Source: a virus
UHGV virus genome: UHGV-0243102
DNA length: 47,920 bases
Direction: 5' to 3' (one strand)
A model generated the notes under the pieces. It was not told the origin of the DNA and did not search any database. It was given only the letters and a program-made list of their open reading frames with translations. The stretch's first letter is position 1. Each line of letters begins with the position of its first letter. Positions 27,203-36,221 of the stretch are shown here, piece after piece. Both the position numbers and the translations under genes were made by a program.

Positions 27203-28024
27203 TCAGCGCGTTATTTGTTTGAGTTGTGCCTCTGCCCATGCCTCCTCTATATCGAATTTAGTGATCAGCACGTCGAAGAACGGCTTAACCGACTTCTTCC
27301 AGGTATCCAGGGTGATGGCGTCAGTTATCTGGCAAATGGCACTGTGCACAGCAGTTGAGAGGATCCGCTCATAACCGCGCCCACCACAGCGTTTACAGTT
27401 ACCCATGACAGGCGCGCCCTGTTTCTCCGTCTCATCCTGATTCACTACCTTTCCCCTTCCGTGGCAGTCGTTACAGGAAGCACTGACGGTCCCTTTTCCC
27501 TGGCACTTTTGGCAGAGCACCCGAACCTGCTCCCTGACAGACTTTGCCTCCTCCCAGTATGATGGATAGATCCCCTTTGTAACTTTGACCCACTTTGGAG
27601 GTTTGCCATCTGGATAAGTTACTTTGTTAGTGAACACCTCTGCATCGATGAATCCAGACCCATGGCAGCAGTCACATGTTTTTTTACTGGAAGCGCTGCG
27701 GGAGTAATCTTCAAAGGCGAACTCTGCGAGTATCCGGATAACCCGGGGTTTTACGTTTGGTGTGAGTTTGCGCAGCGCAGCTACTTTATCGCACCGGGTT
27801 AATGCGTATTCGGCCAGCAACGCGATCGCCCTTTCCCTATCATTGTTGCTGATACCCATCTTTCCGAGGAAGGCGCTATACCCCATTGCAGCGCGCTCCT
27901 GCGTCATACCCATTGCCGCCATAATATCGGTACCGGTCAGTGAATCAGAGGCGGTAGCACGCGGAGAATCGCTAATCAGCGTGGATTTTGCGAAGTGGTA
28001 TTTCACTGTGTTTTCAAGGTTCAT
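27203..28024 (-). CDS. Putative late-gene regulator (Q-type antiterminator-like) with four DnaJ-type CxxCxGxG zinc-finger repeats.
   Basis: It lies between the nin-like genes and the lysis cassette. The repeats are CDCCHGSG, CQKCQGKG, CNDCHGRG and CKRCGGRG. Confidence 0.45.
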   Translation of the reverse strand: MNLENTVKYHFAKSTLISDSPRATASDSLTGTDIMAAMGMTQERAAMGYSAFLGKMGISNNDRERAIALLAEYALTRCDKVAALRKLTPNVKPRVIRILAEFAFEDYSRSASSKKTCDCCHGSGFIDAEVFTNKVTYPDGKPPKWVKVTKGIYPSYWEEAKSVREQVRVLCQKCQGKGTVSASCNDCHGRGKVVNQDETEKQGAPVMGNCKRCGGRGYERILSTAVHSAICQITDAITLDTWKKSVKPFFDVLITKFDIEEAWAEAQLKQITR

Positions 28025-28157
28025 GCTCTCTCTCCCCGGATCTGACAGGTGCGAATAAAGTTTTTAAGGATGCGATATGCCACCGGGAACGACCCGCGAT
28101 AGCGGACAATGTTCAACTGTAGCCAGCGCTGGCGAATACATTCAGTTGTGTTCATGT

Positions 28158-28451
28158 TCATGCTTTTACCAGCCCTTCTTTTTTCCATATGGCCAGCGTT
28201 CTGAGCACACCTTCCGCATGCATCAGCCGCAGTTCATCATGGGTGTAATCGGTGGTTTTCTTCCGTCCGTCGATCAAGTCGTGGCAACAGCTGCAGGCGA
28301 TAGCCGCCTGAGTATCGTCAGGCTTGCATCCTGTGCCGCACGTACCCGCCAGCCGATAATGCGCCAGCACGCTGGTTTCCGGGTTGCCGTTGCAGTAACC
28401 CGGGATCCTGACTGTACATTCGCGGCCGCGCGCCTCTTTGCGTAGGTTCGC
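28158..28451 (-). CDS. YbcO-like protein (DUF1364; putative nuclease of lambdoid nin regions).
   Basis: MANLRKEARGRECTVRIPGYCNGNPETSVLAHYRL... closely resembles E. coli DLP12 YbcO as remembered. Confidence 0.6.
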   Translation of the reverse strand, partial: ANLRKEARGRECTVRIPGYCNGNPETSVLAHYRLAGTCGTGCKPDDTQAAIACSCCHDLIDGRKKTTDYTHDELRLMHAEGVLRTLAIWKKEGLVKA

Positions 28452-28456
28452 CATAA

Positions 28457-28657
28457 TCACCCCCACATCCGATTTCGGGTGCGAGAAGCGGGCCGGGGAG
28501 GATTTTTGTCCTCCACCAGCTGCGCACTGACGGTCCAGGTGATTAAATCCTGATTCAGGCTGCGCTCGACCCTTACGCCCCGCTGGCGATATTTCGCCAT
28601 CAGCTCATCAGCCTGCTGAGTTGTGCAGTCGTGATGGTGAAACCATGAATATTTCAT
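28457..28657 (-). CDS. Small hypothetical nin-region protein (~66 aa).
   Basis: Start MKYSWFHHHDCTT immediately after the upstream stop. Unknown function. Confidence 0.3.
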   Translation of the reverse strand: MKYSWFHHHDCTTQQADELMAKYRQRGVRVERSLNQDLITWTVSAQLVEDKNPPRPASRTRNRMWG

Positions 28658-28662
28658 CGGCA

Positions 28663-29271
28663 TCACCCCGCGAAGCTTAAAAGCTGGTTTGCGGCGTTCT
28701 CGACTTCCAGCTGGCTGTTGAATGAACGGGAGAGGATCCACCGCCAGAGAACATCAAGCGATGCTTTGTACAATTCCTGAAATTCGCATTCGTCCATGCT
28801 GGCGAAAGAAATGCTGCGAGGGTGTTTTTTCAGCGTGCCGTCCGGCAGCTGTATGGCGTCATAGTGGCCAGCTTCGACAATGACCCACGCCCGGTAGGCA
28901 TCGAAAGATTTGCAGAGGCTGATACTGCCGGCGCGCTTCTCGGCTATACGGTCGAGGTATTGCTCGGCGGCATCAAGCAATGCCGATTCACTCCCGCCAT
29001 ATGCCGCCAGGTATTTGGCGTAACCGGTGATAAGCCTGCGCTCGTTAGACGAGATCGCTCCGCCAGTAGGCTCCCAGTATTCAAAGCCGAGATTGAGTAA
29101 AGCGAAATAGCGGCGATGAAACGCCGGGTTGCGGACAAGCTTATAGTCAGCTTCCAGAACGGCGCCGAGCTTGCATTTTGATTGCAGGAAATCACTGGTC
29201 TCCTGCGTTGCAGGGATCAGAATTCCTTGAGACTGTTTTATAAGGTGTAATTGTTGCGCCATGGGTTTCAC
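28663..29271 (-). CDS. Hypothetical nin-region protein (202 aa).
   Basis: ORF only. Confidence 0.35.
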   Translation of the reverse strand: MKPMAQQLHLIKQSQGILIPATQETSDFLQSKCKLGAVLEADYKLVRNPAFHRRYFALLNLGFEYWEPTGGAISSNERRLITGYAKYLAAYGGSESALLDAAEQYLDRIAEKRAGSISLCKSFDAYRAWVIVEAGHYDAIQLPDGTLKKHPRSISFASMDECEFQELYKASLDVLWRWILSRSFNSQLEVENAANQLLSFAG

Positions 29272-29319
29272 TCCGTGGCGCTGTGATGCTCCGTTGCCGT
29301 TGTTCAGGCGGCAGCTAAA

Positions 29320-29622
29320 TTATTGCAGCTTACTCTCGGTTTCGTCAATGCAACCAGCATCTTTAGACAGTTCTTTAAATTCTTCAATTGTCAGCAAAAA
29401 CTGGTTTTTCCTTACCTTTTCGAGCCCGGTAATTTTTCCTTCCTCACTCGAGATTAAAAACTTCCCACCTTGCCTGATTATGTCTACCACTTCGGCGATA
29501 TCGAGATCCACTTCATCCCCCTGAGCGACATACAGACGCAAAATATAGTCCGGCGACAGCATCAAAGGGACACGCTTATTGCGATACTTTGGGGAATGCC
29601 AGTCACCAAAAAGGTGTATCAA
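29320..29622 (-). CDS. Small protein (100 aa) co-transcribed downstream of the dinI-like gene under a LexA box. Candidate SOS-controlled antirepressor.
   Basis: A 4-nt overlap with the DinI-like stop. The operon is preceded by a canonical LexA box. The prophage repressor has no autocleavage domain. Confidence 0.4.
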   Translation of the reverse strand: MIHLFGDWHSPKYRNKRVPLMLSPDYILRLYVAQGDEVDLDIAEVVDIIRQGGKFLISSEEGKITGLEKVRKNQFLLTIEEFKELSKDAGCIDETESKLQ

Positions 29623-29852
29623 TAAAACCAGTCGTCGGCGCTTTCCCAGGTCTCCTGTAGAATTTCTGCAATGGTTTCTTTATCACCATCTATGCCGCCG
29701 AAAACGCTGAGCCCATCAGCACCCGCGCGACGAATAGATAATTTGCAGTCATCGTATTTTTGATTTAATCGCCGAAGGAATTCGGCCTCTAACGCTGGTT
29801 CAGCACCGTTAGGTAGTTTTTTAGCTTTGTCGATGGTTACTTCGATTCTCAT
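29619..29852 (-). CDS. dinI: DinI-family protein (77 aa).
   Basis: MRIEVTIDKAKKLPNGAEPALEAEFLRRL...SVFGG...ETIAEILQETWESADDWFY matches E. coli DinI (MRIEVTIAK...ISEILQETWESADDWF). Confidence 0.8.
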   Translation of the reverse strand: MRIEVTIDKAKKLPNGAEPALEAEFLRRLNQKYDDCKLSIRRAGADGLSVFGGIDGDKETIAEILQETWESADDWFY

Positions 29853-29871
29853 AGTATCACCCCATTCGATA

Positions 29872-29891
29872 TACTGTATAAATAAACAGTA
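29872..29891. promoter_or_regulatory. LexA (SOS) box TACTGTATAAATAAACAGTA, 20 bp upstream of the dinI-like start.
   Basis: A near-perfect CTGT-N8-ACAG palindrome with flanking TA/TA. Confidence 0.75.
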
Positions 29892-29960
29892 CACCTAACT
29901 TGCTGAATGTTCAATATCTTAAGAGCACAAAATGTTAATTTTTATCAGGGATGATTAAAG

Positions 29961-29982
29961 AAAACCCGCCGTAGCGGGTTGA
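29961..29982 (-). terminator. Rho-independent terminator after the methyltransferase gene.
   Basis: On the transcribed strand, AACCCGCTACGGCGGGTTTTCTTT: a GC stem followed by a T-run. Confidence 0.6.
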
Positions 29983-29997
29983 ATTGACGGAAGTTTA

Positions 29998-31926
29998 TTA
30001 AGCGGCCATTTCTTTTTGCTGACATAACTCAGGCAAATTAGCCCTCACCAGCGCTTCCGCGAACGGTGGTGGGACGGCATTACCACAGCGCGCGACCTGT
30101 TTATCCTTCGCATACTTCACGCCGCGGTAGTCCCGGTCAATGATGTACCACTCCGGAAAGCCCTGCGCCCGGTAAAGTTCATGCGGCTGCAGCATTCGCA
30201 TTCCGATGTCAACAATCCGGTAAACAATGCCCTTAATCGTCACCAGTTCGCTGACGCCAAACGTATTTAGGAACTCTTTGACTTGATCCGCACGGCGCTC
30301 ATCGTAATCATTAGCCGCCAGCAGCGCGCTAACCTCTCCCACATGCTGACCTCCTGCGGTGATTGTCGGCATCGGTTCATCGGTGCGCTGACCATCACGG
30401 CAGGTACCGCGCAGTTTTACCAGGTGCGATGTCACAAGAGCGTGATGATCGACTGTAGTCACTGAGTGAGCTGGCTCATCAAGCCCAACGCCCGGACCGG
30501 TGTAGTTCCCGCCATAGTGTTTTGCCAGGAATGCAGTTGTTACGGCAAACTTATTGCCCCCAGCTGTAACAGTACCCAACGGTTTACCAAGATTTAGAAC
30601 CCGCGGCGATTGCCCCACCCGTTCGCCATACCCCATCTGAATAAGCGTGGCCGTGACTAACTGAGACTTTCCCCCACCCCCAGCGGTAATCGTGGCGCTA
30701 GGCTCATCCGCCCGATGGCCAATGCTGGCACCGAACTGGCGGGCGATAACCGGGGCAACCACGCATGCTCGGGATTGCTTTAGGATGGTATGAACTGGTT
30801 TGTTGAGTGGGCGCGGTTTAGCTTGGTACTGGCTACCACCATTTCCAGCCATAAACGGTGCCAGAGTAGGTACCGCCAACGCGTAACCATGAGTTTTGGT
30901 GATTGTCTGTATTGGCGAATACAACTCCTGTCCACGGAAACAATCATATTTACCGCGTGTCGTGGTATGGTTGCATTTCACGATGAATGGGTTATCGCTA
31001 TCGACCACAAATCTCTGGATACCCCGAGCTATACGCTTCAACGTGTTAACTGCAAGCGGCTTTTTGCGGTCAAATATCGATGGTGCAGGAATGGACCAGT
31101 CGATGCATTCAGCAGCTGTCCGCCATGGCGCCAGTTTACCTGTCAGCACCGACGGTGATTTCGGATCTCCATGAGTGGCTTCCGGCCATACAATCGGCTT
31201 CCCATCGCAGCGCATCACCATGAAGAACCGCTTACGGATGGTCGGCGCGCCATAATCGCATGCGCGCAGCTCTCGATACTCAACGGTGTAACCCAAACCG
31301 TTTACCAGCCGTGCTGCATCCTCGCTATCAAGCGAAATATTCAGAAATTCGCAGCATTCGGCCAGCGCCGGATGATCCGCTGAGATGCCAGTGGTCAGCA
31401 TGCCAATGAATGCCTCAAAAGTTTCGCCAGCGCGGGCAGGATCTGGACGCATTTCACCAGCAAGCAGCGGCCCCCATGTTTTAAACTCTTCAACGTTCTC
31501 CAGCATCAGAACCCGCGGTTCAACATCCAGCCCCCAGCGCAGAACAATCCAAGCCAGCCCGCGAATCGCCTTTTCTACCGGCTTGGCCCCTTTCGCCTTT
31601 GAGAAGTGGCGGCAATCTGGACTAAACCATGCCAGCCCGACCCGGCGGCCAGCGGTCGCAACTTTCGGACGAACCGAATAAACCGACTCGCAGTAATGCA
31701 ACGTGTCGGGGTGATTAGTGGTGTGCATCGCGACAGCATTGGGATCGTGGTTTATAGCAATATCCACGCTGCGCCCCATCGCCAACTCAATGCCCGTTGA
31801 AGCGCCGCCGCCACCAGCGAAGTTATCAACGATGATTTCGCTATCTCTCACGCGTATTTCTCCATGGCGCAGGCCAGCGAACGAGCCGCGGCGATAATTG
31901 ACGGTACCGGCATTTTTTCCAGCCAC
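29998..31926 (-). CDS. DNA (cytosine-5)-methyltransferase, 642 aa, orphan (no cognate restriction enzyme seen).
   Basis: Motif I DNFAGGGGAS, the motif IV PC box (FSPDCRHFS) and motif VI ENVEE. Confidence 0.8.
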   Translation of the reverse strand: MAGKNAGTVNYRRGSFAGLRHGEIRVRDSEIIVDNFAGGGGASTGIELAMGRSVDIAINHDPNAVAMHTTNHPDTLHYCESVYSVRPKVATAGRRVGLAWFSPDCRHFSKAKGAKPVEKAIRGLAWIVLRWGLDVEPRVLMLENVEEFKTWGPLLAGEMRPDPARAGETFEAFIGMLTTGISADHPALAECCEFLNISLDSEDAARLVNGLGYTVEYRELRACDYGAPTIRKRFFMVMRCDGKPIVWPEATHGDPKSPSVLTGKLAPWRTAAECIDWSIPAPSIFDRKKPLAVNTLKRIARGIQRFVVDSDNPFIVKCNHTTTRGKYDCFRGQELYSPIQTITKTHGYALAVPTLAPFMAGNGGSQYQAKPRPLNKPVHTILKQSRACVVAPVIARQFGASIGHRADEPSATITAGGGGKSQLVTATLIQMGYGERVGQSPRVLNLGKPLGTVTAGGNKFAVTTAFLAKHYGGNYTGPGVGLDEPAHSVTTVDHHALVTSHLVKLRGTCRDGQRTDEPMPTITAGGQHVGEVSALLAANDYDERRADQVKEFLNTFGVSELVTIKGIVYRIVDIGMRMLQPHELYRAQGFPEWYIIDRDYRGVKYAKDKQVARCGNAVPPPFAEALVRANLPELCQQKEMAA

Positions 31927-32105
31927 ATCCGGTTGATGTGGTGCTGCAGGCGGCGCTGGTGATGCGCCGGGAGTTTTCCGGCGCTTTCTACCTGAGAAAA
32001 AACCATTGCGACCTCTGCGGGCCAGACGGTTTCAGGTACATCCACCAGCAGCAGGCCTTCCAACTCCACTATGCGTTTGCAGGCGTATTCCAGTGAGGGT
32101 TCCAC
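31848..32105 (-). CDS. Small hypothetical protein (85 aa) overlapping the methyltransferase start.
   Basis: ORF only. Confidence 0.25.
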   Translation of the reverse strand: MEPSLEYACKRIVELEGLLLVDVPETVWPAEVAMVFSQVESAGKLPAHHQRRLQHHINRMWLEKMPVPSIIAAARSLACAMEKYA

Positions 32106-32803
32106 TATTTCACCTCCTGCGGAGCGGCTGGCATCGGCTGCCAGTGGGTTACGTGCTCGCCGTAATAGTTCCAGAATGGGGTAAACGCTTCATCACCCTT
32201 ATCTGGCACATTCCAGTAATCGTGGTTCACTCGATTGTTGAGAGTTTCAAATACCAGGTATTCGTAACTTCCCGGCTTACTCTCCGGCATCTGTTCTCTT
32301 ACCGGAATCCATTTACCCGGCACGGTGGCCGGTTCACTGCCGGGTGACTGCGGTTCGGCTGCTAATGTGGAGTCAATGATATGCTGACGCATCCAGTTAG
32401 CTGCACGCGCAAAAACGTCCACTGGGTCTCCATAGTAATCTCCTATTTCATGTGCCTGCTCTGGTGTCATCTCATCTGGCACTACTGGCACTACCGGCGC
32501 CTGCTGCACTGGCGGCATATCTGGACCTTTGCGAATAGCTTTTGCCAGCTCGATAGGGTCATCGTAAAGCCAGTCTCCGGTCTCAGGGTGATTGGCTTCT
32601 GCCAGTTGGGCGGCCCATTCCAGACCATCTTTGTGTCCCTGCAGGTAGTCGAGAGGCAAACACCCAGACTCGCTGTCCATTGCGGCCAGCGCCATGCGGG
32701 CCACTCGCTTGAGAATCTCTACATCGGCGAGCCCCAATGTGTAGCCGGCTTTTAAATCAAAGACAGCCTGAACATTCTCTTCTCTGGTTAATTTGCTGGT
32801 CAT
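32105..32803 (-). CDS. Hypothetical protein (232 aa) with a C-terminal DUF551-like Trp/Pro-rich domain.
   Basis: The C-terminus ...NHDYWNVPDKGDEAFTPFWNYYGEHVTHWQPMPAAP resembles phage DUF551 as I recall it. Confidence 0.35.
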   Translation of the reverse strand: MTSKLTREENVQAVFDLKAGYTLGLADVEILKRVARMALAAMDSESGCLPLDYLQGHKDGLEWAAQLAEANHPETGDWLYDDPIELAKAIRKGPDMPPVQQAPVVPVVPDEMTPEQAHEIGDYYGDPVDVFARAANWMRQHIIDSTLAAEPQSPGSEPATVPGKWIPVREQMPESKPGSYEYLVFETLNNRVNHDYWNVPDKGDEAFTPFWNYYGEHVTHWQPMPAAPQEVK

Positions 32804-33180
32804 TGGTTGGCTCCTTCTGCCTGATACTTTTCGAACCAGAACACTACCGGCGCGTTAGTTGGTTGAACTAGGCCGAATGATTCAGCTGTGCGGTAGCTTC
32901 TCGATGCCCGGCGAGTCACCTCAACCTGCGTTGCAATGCGATTGCGAAAATCCTCAACCGTGCTGCACATTTTGAACAGGTTGCAGGGTATGCATGCCGG
33001 AACCATGTTGCTGACCGTGTCGTTTTCTGGTCTGTCCATTGCGTAGCCGTTACTGATATTTCTTCGCACCGCTTCGACGTGGTCAGCGTGCCATTTATCG
33101 CTTAGCTCACAGCCACAGTAAGCGCAGCGGCCGCCAAATTTCATGCGCAGCTCTGCGCGCTGTTTTTTGGTCAGTGCCAT
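32800..33180 (-). CDS. HNH endonuclease (126 aa).
   Basis: CAYCGCEL...WHADHV...NMVPACIPCNLFK is an HNH/His-Me finger with Cys zinc ligands. Confidence 0.75.
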   Translation of the reverse strand: MALTKKQRAELRMKFGGRCAYCGCELSDKWHADHVEAVRRNISNGYAMDRPENDTVSNMVPACIPCNLFKMCSTVEDFRNRIATQVEVTRRASRSYRTAESFGLVQPTNAPVVFWFEKYQAEGANQ

Positions 33181-33534
33181 CTACTCAGCCTCCCACTTGA
33201 TGCCAGCGGCTGGGCTATAAGCAGCCATACTCTGTTCATAGCCTTTTTGGTCATCTGTCTGCCCGAGACTAAATCCGTGCTGCAAACCGCTACGAAACGC
33301 ACTGTCCTGTAATTTGTCAGCAGAGCCTAGTCGGGACTCCAGATCGGCGACGCGCTTCTCTGCGGCAGAAATAATCCCATCCAGCCTACGGTTTCGACTT
33401 TTAAGTGTTTTTTCGGTCTGATGCGCCCTCTCCAGCGCCTCTACCAGCTCCATGGTCTCCGCTGGGGAAAGATGCTCACCACACTCAGCGTTGATTCTGG
33501 CTCTCTGCGCCATTTCGGTGATATCAGTTGTCAT
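33181..33534 (-). CDS. Hypothetical coiled-coil protein (117 aa).
   Basis: ORF only. Confidence 0.3.
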   Translation of the reverse strand: MTTDITEMAQRARINAECGEHLSPAETMELVEALERAHQTEKTLKSRNRRLDGIISAAEKRVADLESRLGSADKLQDSAFRSGLQHGFSLGQTDDQKGYEQSMAAYSPAAGIKWEAE

Positions 33535-33800
33535 GCTGCACGCTCCAGACCGATTAGCTCGGCAATCTGCGCCAGCGTGTCCTGGCTTTCGCCAACCGGA
33601 TTATCCATCCAGTCAAACGAAACTAAACTTCCACCTTCAATTACGCCGATGTTGAAATCGTCGCTATCCACAGTCCGAAAACCATGCGAAATAGCATCTT
33701 TACGGGTTTCGTAATGAATCAGGTCAGATGAATATTCGATACCGTGACCACCTTCGTTACACCAGGCGTGCCGGATAATTACGACGTATGACTTGCTCAT
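33531..33800 (-). CDS. Hypothetical protein (89 aa).
   Basis: ORF only. Confidence 0.3.
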   Translation of the reverse strand: MSKSYVVIIRHAWCNEGGHGIEYSSDLIHYETRKDAISHGFRTVDSDDFNIGVIEGGSLVSFDWMDNPVGESQDTLAQIAELIGLERAA

Positions 33801-34375
33801 TTGGCCCCCTCGCGCAGCTGCTGGGCGAAGTCGTCAGCAGCAATTGCAACCCCTTTTGCTAAAGCGTCAAAAAACTGATCATCACCAGGAATTCGAAGTT
33901 TTGCCGCGAACTCCTCCACCCCATCAGCCTTAATCCCGGCTACGATGCGATCGGAGGCGGGAGTTTTGATGCGGATGCTTTCACGGAGGATGAAGTAAGA
34001 GTTGAGCATCCCAGTCTCTGGCATTTCCTCCGCATTAAATGCATCGATCGCAGCGTCCATTGCTGGTCCAAGAGGTTGAGGGTGAGCAGTACGAATGACG
34101 CATAACTCCGCCACGATTTGGTTTATTGCCTCCACCAGATCGGATGGGGAAACATCGTCTGCATCTGGCTTAAAGCCGAGAGCAGAGCGCACAGCGCGAG
34201 ATTCAGCCATCCTCTGGTCGGCATGACCTGCAGACATCGAATATCGTGCATTCTCCGCAGCCAGCTGCTGGTACGCTTTCGCCAGCTTCAGGAACTTCTG
34301 CTCTCTGATCGACAGCTCGCCCGCACTCTCAAGCGACTGAATGAGCTCGTTTACTGCCTGTAGTGTGATAGTCAT
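33797..34375 (-). CDS. Hypothetical protein (192 aa).
   Basis: ORF only. Confidence 0.3.
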   Translation of the reverse strand: MTITLQAVNELIQSLESAGELSIREQKFLKLAKAYQQLAAENARYSMSAGHADQRMAESRAVRSALGFKPDADDVSPSDLVEAINQIVAELCVIRTAHPQPLGPAMDAAIDAFNAEEMPETGMLNSYFILRESIRIKTPASDRIVAGIKADGVEEFAAKLRIPGDDQFFDALAKGVAIAADDFAQQLREGAK

Positions 34376-35157
34376 ACAGCCTCCCCTAGCACCCAGCGCA
34401 GTGCATTAGCGTATTCACCGCTGGCATCGTCGAGGGCTTTTGTGATTTCTTTGCGAGTTTTAAGGCGCGGTTTTTTATCGCCGAGAACCTGACGCTGACG
34501 ACGTGCTTTTTCATGGCCGGTAGTGCCAGCGGTTGCCGCTTCGATTTCTGCTACCTTTTCCCGCTGTTCTTCAGGTTTAAGTGATGCCAGTTGACGCGCC
34601 TGGGTAACGGTCACTGTGCCGGACTCTACCGCGTCTTTGACTGCCTGAGTGGCATCCAGAAGGGATAGCGTTGCGCGTACTGTAGGGATACTGACGCCGA
34701 ACATTAGCGCGAGATCTTCCTCGTCATGACCGCGTTCCAGCGCATCAGCCATCTTTTTGGCTCTGCCCAGTGGTGTATCGGCCTGGCGGATTTCGTTTGC
34801 GCTGACCATTGCCTGAGCCATGCGAACAGCAGAACCGCGTTTAGTGACAGCCGGAACCAGCAGCGGAGTTTTACCCTCTTTGGCCAGGCGTCTGTTAGCC
34901 TCCAGGGTATGACGGACACGCTGACGGCCATCGACCACACAGGACAGCCCCGTTTCTGGGTCTTTCCACACAATAATCGGCTCCAGAACACCCTGGTCCA
35001 CGATGTTCAGCACCATTGCCTCACTGAGAGGTAAGTGAATACGCTCATCGTAAAGTGGGTGGGTCTTATCGGTGACCAGGTGCAGGTTTTCAGGCTCAAA
35101 GTTGAGCACGTTTGTTTTGCCGCTGGCGCCGTATACGTCGATTGAATTTTTAGCCAT
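34372..35157 (-). CDS. ParB-like nuclease domain protein (~261 aa).
   Basis: EPIIVWKD...VVDGRQRVRH is the ParB/Srx GxxR box. It carries a C-terminal HTH-like region. Confidence 0.65.
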   Translation of the reverse strand: MAKNSIDVYGASGKTNVLNFEPENLHLVTDKTHPLYDERIHLPLSEAMVLNIVDQGVLEPIIVWKDPETGLSCVVDGRQRVRHTLEANRRLAKEGKTPLLVPAVTKRGSAVRMAQAMVSANEIRQADTPLGRAKKMADALERGHDEEDLALMFGVSIPTVRATLSLLDATQAVKDAVESGTVTVTQARQLASLKPEEQREKVAEIEAATAGTTGHEKARRQRQVLGDKKPRLKTRKEITKALDDASGEYANALRWVLGEAV

Positions 35158-35485
35158 GCATAGCCTCCTGAACATCTAAAACGCGTTGAAATACTGGACT
35201 ACCGAGCAGGCTGTAATTCATCCCGATCGCTACCTTTGGCGCCATGCCGAATCGTTGCATGTCAAAGTCGATGACGACGCGCTGGTCGCGAAATAACCCC
35301 AATCGTCCGTGACGAACAATCTCGCCGCTGGCCGCCGCCTCGCGGAAATACTTCAGAACGGTATCGCGGCTCAGGCCCAGTTTTTTCATTGCTTCGGTGG
35401 TCGTCAGGCGCCCCTGATGCTTAGTGATACGAATCACGGCACTGACGTACTCACGGCGCTCTGCTGCTGATAATGCTCTAGCCAT
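35150..35485 (-). CDS. Small DNA-binding (HTH-like) protein (~111 aa) downstream of P.
   Basis: LTTTEAMKKLGLSRDTVLKYFREA has a helix-turn-helix character. Confidence 0.3.
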   Translation of the reverse strand: MARALSAAERREYVSAVIRITKHQGRLTTTEAMKKLGLSRDTVLKYFREAAASGEIVRHGRLGLFRDQRVVIDFDMQRFGMAPKVAIGMNYSLLGSPVFQRVLDVQEAMHG

Positions 35486-36221
35486 GGTTACGCCCTCTAC
35501 CAAGGCCAAACTTCGCGCGGATTTCAGCGATTTTGTTTAAGCCCTGCTCCTGTGTTAATGGTCTTCCGCCAAGCTTCTGGATCTGCTTAACCGGCTCCGG
35601 AATAACTTCACCCGCGTTCACCCGACGAACCATGCGCAACAGTTCCTCTGATGCTTTTCGGCGTAATTCGGAGTCGCTTAATCCCTTCGCGCGCATATCG
35701 GTATACAGACCGGTCACCATCCAGTAGCAGGCTTTGTGTTTCAGCGTTATCGGTTCGATTTTGTGTTCAGGCCATGGGTACGACTCAGCGTCCGGATACT
35801 GACCGCGGGTCCGGCAATACTGGTAAACCATATCAACCAGCTCACTCGCGTCTGGCAGGCCTACCGTCACCGCCTCCTCAGAACGGCACCAGGCAACAAA
35901 CTGACCAGGTGATGGCATGAAGGGTTTTTCCTGCTTGCGAGCAACCCGCATCCCGGCGTTAATCTGCTCTACCGTGGTGATGCCGTTTTCCTTGAACGCC
36001 AGGAGCCACTGACGACGCATCTCGTTGAGGTCTTCCGCTGATTTGTTGGCCAGCGCCGGGAATACGGCGAGCAACTGGCGAAACAGTTCGTTGAATACCT
36101 CAGCCGTCTTTGTCGCCTGATGTGCGAAGGTCTGCGCATCCTGCATTTCAGGCATGCCGGCGGCGATACGTTGGAAATTTTTCCGATCGAAGTTATGCAT
36201 GCTATCTGCGATAGATTTCAT
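35478..36221 (-). CDS. P: Replication protein P (DnaB helicase loader), lambda P-like.
   Basis: MKSIADSMHNFDRKNFQRIAAGMPE...NGITTVEQINAGMRVARKQEKPFMPSPGQFVAWCRSEE...DAESYPW...AEIRAKFGL aligns along its length with lambda P as remembered. Confidence 0.85.
   Translation of the reverse strand: MKSIADSMHNFDRKNFQRIAAGMPEMQDAQTFAHQATKTAEVFNELFRQLLAVFPALANKSAEDLNEMRRQWLLAFKENGITTVEQINAGMRVARKQEKPFMPSPGQFVAWCRSEEAVTVGLPDASELVDMVYQYCRTRGQYPDAESYPWPEHKIEPITLKHKACYWMVTGLYTDMRAKGLSDSELRRKASEELLRMVRRVNAGEVIPEPVKQIQKLGGRPLTQEQGLNKIAEIRAKFGLGRGRNHG

Noticed and set aside
28077-28445. 122-aa + strand ORF opposite the ybcO-like gene.
   Set aside because: It is antisense to a gene with a clear homologue. Cys/Arg-rich shadow frame.
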